The notes beneath the pieces are model-generated. The model had not been told where the DNA came from. It made no database searches and saw nothing but the letters and a program-made list of their open reading frames with translations. From Candidatus Saccharimonadota bacterium (GTDB taxonomy: Bacteria > Patescibacteriota > Saccharimonadia > Saccharimonadales > Saccharimonadaceae): 32,000 nucleotides of DNA. Where the stretch lies: contig CP060232.1 in NCBI GenBank assembly GCA_023898645.1, positions 150,001 to 182,000 of the forward strand, in the 5' to 3' direction. This document shows, one piece after another, positions 7,835-14,930 of this stretch (positions within the stretch are counted from its first letter, which is position 1; the number at the start of each line of letters is the position of its first letter). A program made the position numbers and the translations under genes.

Positions 7835-8356
7835 GTGACTGAGAAAATACCGCAAGGCCGAGCACCTATTGATTATCCGTATATGCATGAAGATGGTGTT
7901 TTCGTGTACGTTGAAGCGGACAATGTGTATATGCAAGTGGCAAAAGAATATGCCAAACGCTATTCGCTGGATAAAGTTATGCCGAATACAAGCATAGTCG
8001 TACTCGATGGTGAAGTGATAGGTATTGGCGCGAATGGGAGCGATTACCATGAAACTAATGGCTGTGAACGCATCAGGCTGGGGTCGCCTTCGGGTCAGGA
8101 CTACGACAAATGTGAAGGTTGTCACCCGAAAAATCATGGTGAGCCGCGAGCTGTTGGAGACGCGCAGGTCGTGATGGGGAGCCAGCGCTTGGACGGTGCC
8201 GAAGTGTACTTATGGGGGCATTATTGGTGCTGCGAATCGTGCTGGGACGCAATGATCAGTAGCGGCATTAATACCGTGTATTTACTTGAGGGTAGTGAAG
8301 TGCTTTTCAACAAGCAGCATCCCGACAATGTCGTCGGTAGACAATTTGAGTCATAG
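7835..8356 (+). CDS. CMP/dCMP deaminase zinc-binding family protein (ComEB/dCMP-deaminase-like)
   Basis: The track ORF is 7643..8356. I prefer GTG 7835, which is 7 nt after the RBS aaggag; ATG 7802 is an alternative. The zinc-ligand motifs are H-G-E (NHGEPRAV, the H-[AG]-E motif) and C-C-E-S-C (the PCxxC-type motif) about 40 aa later. VVLDGEVIGIGANG resembles the deaminase core. Confidence 0.6.
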   Translation: MTEKIPQGRAPIDYPYMHEDGVFVYVEADNVYMQVAKEYAKRYSLDKVMPNTSIVVLDGEVIGIGANGSDYHETNGCERIRLGSPSGQDYDKCEGCHPKNHGEPRAVGDAQVVMGSQRLDGAEVYLWGHYWCCESCWDAMISSGINTVYLLEGSEVLFNKQHPDNVVGRQFES

Positions 8357-8387
8357 CCAACGCGTCGAGTTATCAGTCGTTGCGTTT

Positions 8388-9377
8388 CTATCTAAATAAG
8401 ACTTTTTGTTGATTTTGAAGCGTTATTCTTAGGTCATTTAGTTCATGCGTAGGGTCAGAGGGTGGCGTGATGTAGTAAAGGGGAATGTCGGCTTCGAATT
8501 TTTCGAGCTTGTGGACATCCGCAACGGTGCCAATATAAGACGTCGTATATTTGTTTTGATCATTGGTTTTAACGGACTCGAGTAGTATTCGGTATGATTT
8601 TAAGAAATGTTTAGTTGTGCTCAGCATGTTTGCATAGACTTTGTCGTTGAGGCTGGCGTAGGGGACTTTTGGGTTTTTTGCTAAAAAGTCGGTGCAGTCT
8701 TTTGCTGCTTGGTCGTAGTCATCGAGAGTATTTATGTCGTTGAAGACCGTGGTTGAGCACATGATTGTAAAGTTTTTCAGAATCCTTTGAGTATCTATGA
8801 TGGGAATGAACTCTGTTTTATATGATTCAATCTTTTTGCTACTGTCGGCGTATGCTTGTTTGACAATAGCATCTCGCTGTACGGTTGGCGATGATTTGAG
8901 TTGACTGAGCGAGGCACTGTAGGCTTGGATATTTTTTAAGGAATCATTGATCCTTTTTATGGCGTCTGAATTTGAGGAAGAAGTTGACGAAGTTATGAAC
9001 GTCGCACTTGCCGTAGAAATGGCGGATCCGGTCGGGTGTATGATCGTCCAGTCGCTAGTGTCGTTGCTGATGGCTTTTATATTGTCGCTCATAGCCGCCG
9101 TTAGGGCAGCGGCATGTAAATAGTCTTCGTCTGGTATGCGAACAGCTGCAGAGTAGTAGCTAAAGCCAAGTGTGCCGAGTAGCAAAATACCTACAAAACT
9201 TGAAAAAACGACGACAAATAGCCCGCTCTTCTTTACTGTTGCGGGGTAGGTATCAACAGATTGGCTAACCTGCGCGAGCGGCTCAGCCGGAGCTGGGGCT
9301 GGCGTAGGAGCTTGAGTTAACTCCGGAGAAACTGGAGCAGCGTTTGGGTTTTGTTGATTCGGATCTTGGTTTTGCAT
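8388..9377 (-). CDS. single-pass membrane-anchored protein with Pro/Gln-rich N-terminal tail, hypothetical
   Basis: 329-aa ORF. The N-terminus is MQNQDPNQQNPNAAPVSPELTQAPTPAPAPAEP, followed by one TM segment (LFVVVFSSFVGILLLGTLGF) and a soluble domain of about 250 aa with no motif I recognise. Confidence 0.65.
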   Translation of the reverse strand: MQNQDPNQQNPNAAPVSPELTQAPTPAPAPAEPLAQVSQSVDTYPATVKKSGLFVVVFSSFVGILLLGTLGFSYYSAAVRIPDEDYLHAAALTAAMSDNIKAISNDTSDWTIIHPTGSAISTASATFITSSTSSSNSDAIKRINDSLKNIQAYSASLSQLKSSPTVQRDAIVKQAYADSSKKIESYKTEFIPIIDTQRILKNFTIMCSTTVFNDINTLDDYDQAAKDCTDFLAKNPKVPYASLNDKVYANMLSTTKHFLKSYRILLESVKTNDQNKYTTSYIGTVADVHKLEKFEADIPLYYITPPSDPTHELNDLRITLQNQQKVLFR

Positions 9378-9446
9378 ACTTTTTGTTTACTATGTGTAGC
9401 TACGGCCAGTGTATCAGTTACCAGGGCATTTACAAAGAGCGAGGTA

Positions 9447-9480
9447 CAAAAACAACCCGTCAAAGACAGGTTGTTTTTTA
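9447..9480 (-). terminator. rho-independent terminator (reads as a hairpin plus T/A-tract in both directions)
   Basis: aaaaacaacc-cgtcaaagaca-ggttgtttttt. It lies 14 nt downstream of the stop of the minus-strand gene 9494..10000. Confidence 0.6.
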
Positions 9481-9493
9481 ATGACGAATCTAC

Positions 9494-10000
9494 TTAGCCG
9501 TTTTGGCTGGTGTCGAAGCTGACGTATGGTACGTAGACTTGCCATGCGGCCAGCTGAGCGGCGGTCAGTGCCTGGGCACTAGCGACGGCCTTGGCGACGG
9601 TTGCCTTGTCGAGCGTGACCTTTTGGCCGTAGTTTAAGTACGGTGAGTGAGCATCAACGGTCAAATGAGTTTCGGCTGCGACGATTTGAGCTGGTTCTAG
9701 CGTGACGCCGGTGTCGCTGGCATATGCCTGGACTGCTTTACGAGCAAGAACGGTGTACGAATCACCCATGCGTGCAGTGTATGTGACGGTGCCCGACTTG
9801 GCTGCTTCGGCTTTAGCTTTTACTGCTTCTTCCTTTTTCATTTGCTCAGCCTTCTTTTGTTGGCTGGTCGATACCTTTGGCGACTTTTTGCTTGTGTCGC
9901 TACTTTTGGTGCCGCTGTTGCTGGCGCCGATGAGTACGCCAAGTAGTATGACTGCCGTGCCGAAGAAGACGGGCCATCTATATTTTTCGATTAGTTCCAT
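9494..10000 (-). CDS. membrane-anchored Lys/Ala-rich protein, hypothetical (weak LysM-like segment)
   Basis: The track ORF is 9494..10096. I place the start at ATG 10000 (MELIEKYRWPVFFGTAVILLGVLIG), which has the RBS aggggg 7 nt upstream. The protein has one N-terminal TM, a charged KKAEQMKKEEAVKAKAEAAK linker, and then YTARMGDSYTVLARKAV, which only loosely resembles a LysM start. Confidence 0.6.
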   Translation of the reverse strand: MELIEKYRWPVFFGTAVILLGVLIGASNSGTKSSDTSKKSPKVSTSQQKKAEQMKKEEAVKAKAEAAKSGTVTYTARMGDSYTVLARKAVQAYASDTGVTLEPAQIVAAETHLTVDAHSPYLNYGQKVTLDKATVAKAVASAQALTAAQLAAWQVYVPYVSFDTSQNG

Positions 10001-10099
10001 ACGAAACCCCCTACTGCCCACCACGTTACAAATTATGTATGGAGTGATTGTAGCATGTTTTAGCTTATGTTCAAGGTTCTTGTAGGCTATACTCATAAC

Positions 10100-10390
10100 A
10101 TGAGCAAGCCAAAAGCCGACGACGTCGTTAAAGACAAGAGTGTCTTGTATAGATTGACGCTTGTTGCGGCGGTCGTGCAGCCGCTAATGACTTTGCCGCA
10201 GGCAATCCAGCTGTATTCTAGCCACGACGCGCATGGCCTGTCGCTCTTGACATGGTTCGGCTACACGTCTGTCGGGCTGGTTTTTCTGGCCTATAGCATC
10301 AAATATCGGCTGAGGCCAATTATCATTCAGCAAACCCTCTGGTTTATCTTGCAATCAAGCGTCGTGGTTGGCATCGTCGTTTGGCAGTAA
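10100..10390 (+). CDS. PQ-loop / SemiSWEET-like small transporter (3 TM)
   Basis: The start is ATG 10100 within track ORF 10067..10390. The 96-aa protein has three hydrophobic helices and the PQ motif after TM1 (VVQPLMTLPQAIQLYSSHDAHGLSLLTWFGY). This is the size and layout of bacterial SemiSWEETs. Confidence 0.55.
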   Translation: MSKPKADDVVKDKSVLYRLTLVAAVVQPLMTLPQAIQLYSSHDAHGLSLLTWFGYTSVGLVFLAYSIKYRLRPIIIQQTLWFILQSSVVVGIVVWQ

Positions 10391-10408
10391 TGTAAAGTTT
10401 ACTTTACA
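10391..10408. promoter_or_regulatory. palindromic operator TGTAAAGT-tt-ACTTTACA upstream of the XRE regulator
   Basis: Perfect 8-bp arms with a 2-nt spacer, ending 6 nt before the ATG at 10415. The same half-site recurs at 11002-11025. Confidence 0.55.
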
Positions 10409-10414
10409 AGTCGT

Positions 10415-10648
10415 ATGTCTTACACTGGTCGCATGGGAGCAAAAGAACACGTTAATAGTAATCTGGCCAAATATCGGCGAATGTCCGGTTTGACGCAGGA
10501 GCAACTGGCGTTGCATGTGAATGTTACGCGCCAGACTATAATTGCTATAGAAAAGGGCAATTACGTACCATCGGTGCTGTTGGCGCTTAAAATAGCAAAA
10601 GTGTTCAATACATCCGTGGAAAGGATTTTCTACTATGAAGATAAATAA
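10415..10648 (+). CDS. XRE/Cro-C1-type helix-turn-helix transcriptional regulator (short YozG-like type)
   Basis: LAKYRRMSGLTQEQLALHVNVTRQTIIAIEKGNYVPSVLLALKIAKVFNTSVERIFYYE is a textbook HTH_3 pattern (Q-x-x-L-A...S/T-R-x-x-I-x-x-I-E-x-G). An alternative start lies at 10433. Confidence 0.85.
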   Translation: MSYTGRMGAKEHVNSNLAKYRRMSGLTQEQLALHVNVTRQTIIAIEKGNYVPSVLLALKIAKVFNTSVERIFYYEDK

Positions 10649-11003
10649 AAATAGGCTGTCTGAATGGCTACTGGCATTGGCGATAATCGCGGCGCTCGTG
10701 CTGCTTGTCAATCCGATGAATGTCATCATGACGTCAATGTACGCCATGATGCTACTGGGGCTACTTGGACTGACGGTCATTACATTTGGCGCATTTGTGT
10801 GGCGAGAAAACTACCATGATGAACGCGAGGAACTGCATGCAATGAAAGCGGCGCGACTATCGTATTTTGTCGGTGGTGGAGTGTTGGTGACGGCTATCGT
10901 CGTGGAAACAGTCAATCATGCACTTGATGTGTGGCTCGTTGTGGCATTAGCTGCGATGGTGGTGACGAAACTTATTGTTAGTTCGTGGAATCAGCAGAGA
11001 TAA
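10635..11003 (+). CDS. small membrane protein partnered with the XRE regulator
   Basis: 122-aa ORF that overlaps the regulator's stop by 14 nt. It has four hydrophobic helices. This two-gene arrangement (short HTH plus a 4-TM protein) is a common operon type. Confidence 0.7.
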   Translation: MKINKNRLSEWLLALAIIAALVLLVNPMNVIMTSMYAMMLLGLLGLTVITFGAFVWRENYHDEREELHAMKAARLSYFVGGGVLVTAIVVETVNHALDVWLVVALAAMVVTKLIVSSWNQQR

Positions 11004-11025
11004 ATGTAAAGTTGACTTTACATTT
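11002..11025. promoter_or_regulatory. second copy of the operator palindrome AAATGTAAAGT-tg-ACTTTACATTT
   Basis: Perfect 11-bp arms with a 2-nt spacer. It overlaps the stop codon of 10635..11003 and lies 48 nt upstream of the next gene (11074). It shares the core TGTAAAGT/ACTTTACA with 10391-10408. Confidence 0.55.
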
Positions 11026-11073
11026 ATGCGGGTGTAGAATCGTGGTTATATAACGTAACCACAGGGGGATTGC

Positions 11074-11367
11074 ATGAGTACAAAAACAATTATTGGGATT
11101 ATAATCGCGGTTTTAGTCGTCGGTGGCTCTGCTGCAGCACTATACATAAAACAGCAAAATGACAATCATGACGCCATGATGATGAAAGACGATTCATCAA
11201 AGACAAAAGATGTTATGAAGAAAGACGCGACTTCGATAGACGCACCGTCAACGGGCACTGTAAGCAAAGACGGTACTTCTTCGGACGCCATGATGAAGGA
11301 CGACAAAATGTCTCCATCTACGAGCCCATCGGTAGCTCCAGATGGCGCCATGATGAAGGAGCAATAA
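11074..11367 (+). CDS. membrane-anchored Met/Lys/Asp-rich repeat protein (MXKDX-pentapeptide-like)
   Basis: The RBS aggggga precedes the ATG. There is an N-terminal TM (IIGIIIAVLVVGGSAAALY), followed by the recurring motifs DAMMMKDD, DVMKKDA, DAMMKDDKM and GAMMKEQ. Confidence 0.7.
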   Translation: MSTKTIIGIIIAVLVVGGSAAALYIKQQNDNHDAMMMKDDSSKTKDVMKKDATSIDAPSTGTVSKDGTSSDAMMKDDKMSPSTSPSVAPDGAMMKEQ

Positions 11368-11370
11368 ATA

Positions 11371-13065
11371 GTGGTATTTGTGTTCTTGGCATTTTTTGCA
11401 GGCATTATAACGGTCTTTGCGCCATGCGTGTTTGCTTTGCTGCCGGTTATCGTGGGCGGGTCGATGACCGGTGACGTTCACGACAAGCGCCGGCCGCTGA
11501 TTATAGCGGCAAGCTTGGCAGTATCGCTCCTGCTCTTTACGATGCTTTTGAAGTTTGCAACGCTCTTTATTAATGTATCGCCAAATGTTTTCACTTGGAT
11601 TGCCGGTGGCATCGTTGTGGCAATTGGTCTATTTATGCTCTTTCCGGCCATATACGATTGGGCAATCATTCAGCTGAACTTACAGGCAAAGTCGCAGCAG
11701 CTTCTTGGTAGGGGCAATAAAAAAGGCGCGGTCGTCGGTGCAATCATCACCGGCGCGGCGCTGGGGCCGGTATTTAGTAGCTGTAGTCCCGTGTATGGTT
11801 ATATATTGGCATCGGTGTTGCCGATTAATTTCGGTGCAGCGGTGGTGTATATTGTCGCCTATGTGCTGGGCCTTAGCCTGATGTTGTTGTTAGTCGGCTA
11901 TCTAGGCCAGAAACTTGTACGCAAGATTCGCTGGGCGGCAAATCCACGTGGTTGGTTTACGCGGACGGTCGCACTACTGTTTATTGTCGTGGGTGTGTTG
12001 ATTATCACCGGACTCGACAAGCGGTTCCAAGTATTTATAGCAGATCATACTGCACTTGATTTTGACAAAGTTTCGTCGCAGTTGATACCGAAAAATAACC
12101 AGGCTGCAAAACTACCTGGTGGTGTTTTAAACGTAACACCGTATCCGGCGCCGGAGTTGACGGGCGTGAGCACGTGGATTAATAGCAATTCACTGACTCT
12201 CAAAAGTCTGAAGGGCAAGGTTGTCTTGATTGATTTCTGGACGTACAGCTGTATTAACTGTATTCGTACGCAACCCTACCTGAAGGACCTATATGCGAAA
12301 TATCATGACGTTGGGTTTGAGATTATTGGTGTTCATGCTCCTGAGTTCTCATTTGAAAAAAATCCAGACAATGTTCGTCAGGCGGCAAAGGAAGCCGGAC
12401 TAGTATATCCGATTGCGCTCGACAACGACCTAGATACATGGGCGGCCTTTAACAATCAATACTGGCCGGCGACTTATTTGATTGACAAAGACGGGTTGGT
12501 ACGGCGAACGCATTTTGGCGAAGGTGAATATGCCGAGGAGGAGCAGGCAGTGCGACAGTTATTGAGTGAAGAAGGAGGTCAGGCGCCCGGTCGGGCATCA
12601 GTGCATAATAGCGAGCGGAGCCTGAACCCAATTACGCCAGAGACATATCTGGGTGCGGCACGTGTCGCCGGGTATGGAGGCAAAGATAAATTGCGATATG
12701 GCGAAGCTAATTACACTTTGGGCGTACCGAAGAGTACTAATCAATGGACGCTAGGTGGTGTATGGCGTGAATCACAAGAAGGTATCACGGCAGTTAAAGA
12801 CGCAGTATTGCAGTATCGCGTAATGGCGAGTGACGTGTATTTAGTGACTGGTAATAATTTTTCTGGCACGATTGACGTCTTGCTTGATGGTAGGCCGATC
12901 TCTGAGACCGGTCATGCGGGCGGTAACATCAAAGACTCAAAACTACGCGTGAACATGGCGCAGTTGTATAAGCTAGTGCATTTTGACAAATATAACGCCG
13001 ATACGACAGTTGAGCTGCATGTGTCGGCTGGTGTACAGCTGAACACATTTACTTTTGGTGGCTAG
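11371..13065 (+). CDS. DipZ-like thiol:disulfide oxidoreductase (CcdA/DsbD membrane domain + TlpA-like thioredoxin domain + C-terminal beta-sandwich domain)
   Basis: 564-aa ORF with a GTG start. The CcdA-type motif is FAPCVFALLPV in TM1, with a second Cys at GPVFSSCSPV. The redoxin domain carries a CxxC (VVLIDFWTYSCINCIRTQPYL). The C-terminal extension of about 170 aa matches the layout of mycobacterial DipZ. Confidence 0.8.
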   Translation: MVFVFLAFFAGIITVFAPCVFALLPVIVGGSMTGDVHDKRRPLIIAASLAVSLLLFTMLLKFATLFINVSPNVFTWIAGGIVVAIGLFMLFPAIYDWAIIQLNLQAKSQQLLGRGNKKGAVVGAIITGAALGPVFSSCSPVYGYILASVLPINFGAAVVYIVAYVLGLSLMLLLVGYLGQKLVRKIRWAANPRGWFTRTVALLFIVVGVLIITGLDKRFQVFIADHTALDFDKVSSQLIPKNNQAAKLPGGVLNVTPYPAPELTGVSTWINSNSLTLKSLKGKVVLIDFWTYSCINCIRTQPYLKDLYAKYHDVGFEIIGVHAPEFSFEKNPDNVRQAAKEAGLVYPIALDNDLDTWAAFNNQYWPATYLIDKDGLVRRTHFGEGEYAEEEQAVRQLLSEEGGQAPGRASVHNSERSLNPITPETYLGAARVAGYGGKDKLRYGEANYTLGVPKSTNQWTLGGVWRESQEGITAVKDAVLQYRVMASDVYLVTGNNFSGTIDVLLDGRPISETGHAGGNIKDSKLRVNMAQLYKLVHFDKYNADTTVELHVSAGVQLNTFTFGG

Positions 13066-13067
13066 TG

Positions 13068-13331
13068 CTACGAATCGTCATCGTCTTCGTCGAGATCTTC
13101 AATGTATTCGCGTTCGTCATCGCGAATATCAATGTCGTCGGGGTATTCGTCATCGTCGAGGTCATCTATGTCTTCTTTGTCTAGCTCTTCTTTGAACTTA
13201 CTTGATGGTATTCCGAAAATCTTCGCCGGATCTTCTCCCATTTCATCCATGAGCGGGTCGGACGCATTGTCGTCTGTCGTTAGATCATCTTGGTAACTTT
13301 GTAGTTGAAAATCGTCGTCGTTTACTGCCAT
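13068..13331 (-). CDS. extremely acidic small protein (87 aa), hypothetical
   Basis: A strong RBS aggaggg lies 5 nt before the ATG. By my count there are 28 Asp and 10 Glu in 87 residues (44% acidic). The Ser-rich ORF on the opposite strand is its low-complexity shadow. Confidence 0.65.
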   Translation of the reverse strand: MAVNDDDFQLQSYQDDLTTDDNASDPLMDEMGEDPAKIFGIPSSKFKEELDKEDIDDLDDDEYPDDIDIRDDEREYIEDLDEDDDDS

Positions 13332-13420
13332 AGGCCCTCCTATTTATGCTGCTATGTATAAATGTACGATACTGCGAATAGGATGACTAGACTATGAAAT
13401 AAATTACGAGAGGAGCTTTA

Positions 13421-14002
13421 TTAGATAGCTTCGGGGTATTCGATGATGTGGTTGGGGAGTGGCAGAGGTTTTGTCTTAGAGGCGGGGCGATCAATTCGGG
13501 GAATTTCTTCGAGTAAATGTTCGTGGCCGCCGACAATCCACAAAGATTGGTAATGCGAGTCGCCATTGATTTCGAGGACGCCTTGGCGAAGTGAATTTTC
13601 GGTATCGACGGCGAGATATAGCATGGAGTGGTTGGCGTGAGATGCGTAGTTTTGTTCATTAAAACAGTAGCGGGTCTCTATGATGTCATATTCGGTCACG
13701 GTGTCTTCTTTGAACGGTCGCACGAACAAACGGTAGCGACAATTATGGTAATTGCCGTCGGTTGCTCTGAGTGCGAGGACGCTACGGCCATGATTGGAAC
13801 GTGTCATCTTGGCGCTGACAACATGAGAGAAGGTATAAGACTCACCATCAATATCCCGAACGATCGGATGATCGGGTGTGGTGTGGCAGTAGTCCCGGTA
13901 GAAAGTGTAGAAGCTCGGTAAGTATGGAGCGTTTTCTGGGAGTTCAAGGAAGCGGCGGGCATCTGGCGGGACTACTAGTGGTGCGAATTCGTGTCTTTTC
14001 AT
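13421..14002 (-). CDS. hypothetical protein (193 aa)
   Basis: Clean ORF with ordinary soluble-protein composition (e.g. YTFYRDYCHTTPDHPIVRDIDGESYTF, LWIVGGHEHLLEEIP). I recognise no motif. Confidence 0.6.
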   Translation of the reverse strand: MKRHEFAPLVVPPDARRFLELPENAPYLPSFYTFYRDYCHTTPDHPIVRDIDGESYTFSHVVSAKMTRSNHGRSVLALRATDGNYHNCRYRLFVRPFKEDTVTEYDIIETRYCFNEQNYASHANHSMLYLAVDTENSLRQGVLEINGDSHYQSLWIVGGHEHLLEEIPRIDRPASKTKPLPLPNHIIEYPEAI

Positions 14003-14249
14003 ATAAGACTATGCCTATAGACTTTTTATACGCTTAAATTCAGGAAACTGCAAGCGAAGCGGTGTGTATTTGTCAGCCCCTTGCAGTATAATAAAAATAC
14101 ATCCCCGCGATACACACTAATGCATTCGCATGAAGCGTCCCTCCGGTGGAATCATTATTCATTGTCTTCGGCGACGTATTAGAAACGGGTACAAGCGACG
14201 GGCAATACAATTTAAAGCGTTTCTCAAACTAACTTGAGGAATTTTAATT

Positions 14250-14513
14250 GTGAATGATGAAATCTTTTTGAATGAACGGGTAGACGTGCTGGCGAAATTC
14301 GGCGCTGGGCTGAACCCGTGCGTGCCGCTTAAGTTTCGGCGCAAAAGCGGGAGAGAGGTGACGATAACTGAAATTGGCTTGCGACATCCGGGCATGAAGG
14401 GCCGGCGAACGGTGCATATATTCGACGTCACGGACGGTCAGGCGGATTACCGGCTGGAGCTGGACTCGGAACGATTGACGTGGATGTTGACGCGGGAAGG
14501 GGATCGACTATGA
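14250..14513 (+). CDS. hypothetical small protein (87 aa)
   Basis: GTG start with gagga about 9 nt upstream. The composition is plausible for a globular protein (VTITEIGLRHPGMKGRRTVHIFDVTDGQADYRLELDSERLTWMLTREG). No family recognised. Confidence 0.5.
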   Translation: MNDEIFLNERVDVLAKFGAGLNPCVPLKFRRKSGREVTITEIGLRHPGMKGRRTVHIFDVTDGQADYRLELDSERLTWMLTREGDRL

Positions 14514-14610
14514 TTGCCGGAAATAAAAAACACACCCTTGAGGATGTGTTGTCGAGAGGAGTGCTAGTGGCGGACTGCCACCAGCACTTCCTCCCGAGTC
14601 GGCCGTACGC

Positions 14611-14853
14611 TCAGAGAGTGTCGTTTGAACTGATGTACTCTAGAGCGATAGCGCACGCTGCAGGCTGCTGCTCTGCACGAGCTTTGGTGCGCCACAACAG
14701 CGCATCCCACTTTCTGAAGGTAATGATATCCAGCCAGATGGCGAATTCATCATCTTCTTTGATGACTGCCGAAAGATCAGCGATCAATCGAAACCGTCGA
14801 TCAGCGTCTGTTTCGTTGGACTGCGTGCTTTTTTCCCCGACCAAAATGTTCAC
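14611..14853 (-). CDS. hypothetical small protein (80 aa)
   Basis: GTG start with a good RBS aggaga 4 nt upstream. I prefer it over the overlapping plus-strand ORF 14480..14938, whose product is Ser/Arg-rich junk. An imperfect 14-bp hairpin at about 14558-14592 separates it from the convergent gene 14250..14513. Confidence 0.5.
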   Translation of the reverse strand: MNILVGEKSTQSNETDADRRFRLIADLSAVIKEDDEFAIWLDIITFRKWDALLWRTKARAEQQPAACAIALEYISSNDTL

Positions 14854-14930
14854 TTCTTCTCCTGTAGTAGGTACAGTGCGAGTAAGACATACTTATTATA
14901 GCATAAAGCATAACAATTATCAATACCCTT

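Noticed and set aside
9702-10780. Antisense ORFs 9702..10085 (plus strand) and 10355..10780 (minus strand)
   Set aside because: Each lies opposite better-supported genes: the membrane-anchored protein, the PQ-loop protein, the XRE regulator and its partner. The second one crosses three gene boundaries.
13102-13296. A Ser-rich 64-aa ORF antisense to the acidic protein gene
   Set aside because: It is the complement of GAT/GAA-rich codons and has no RBS. The acidic ORF has a strong aggaggg RBS.
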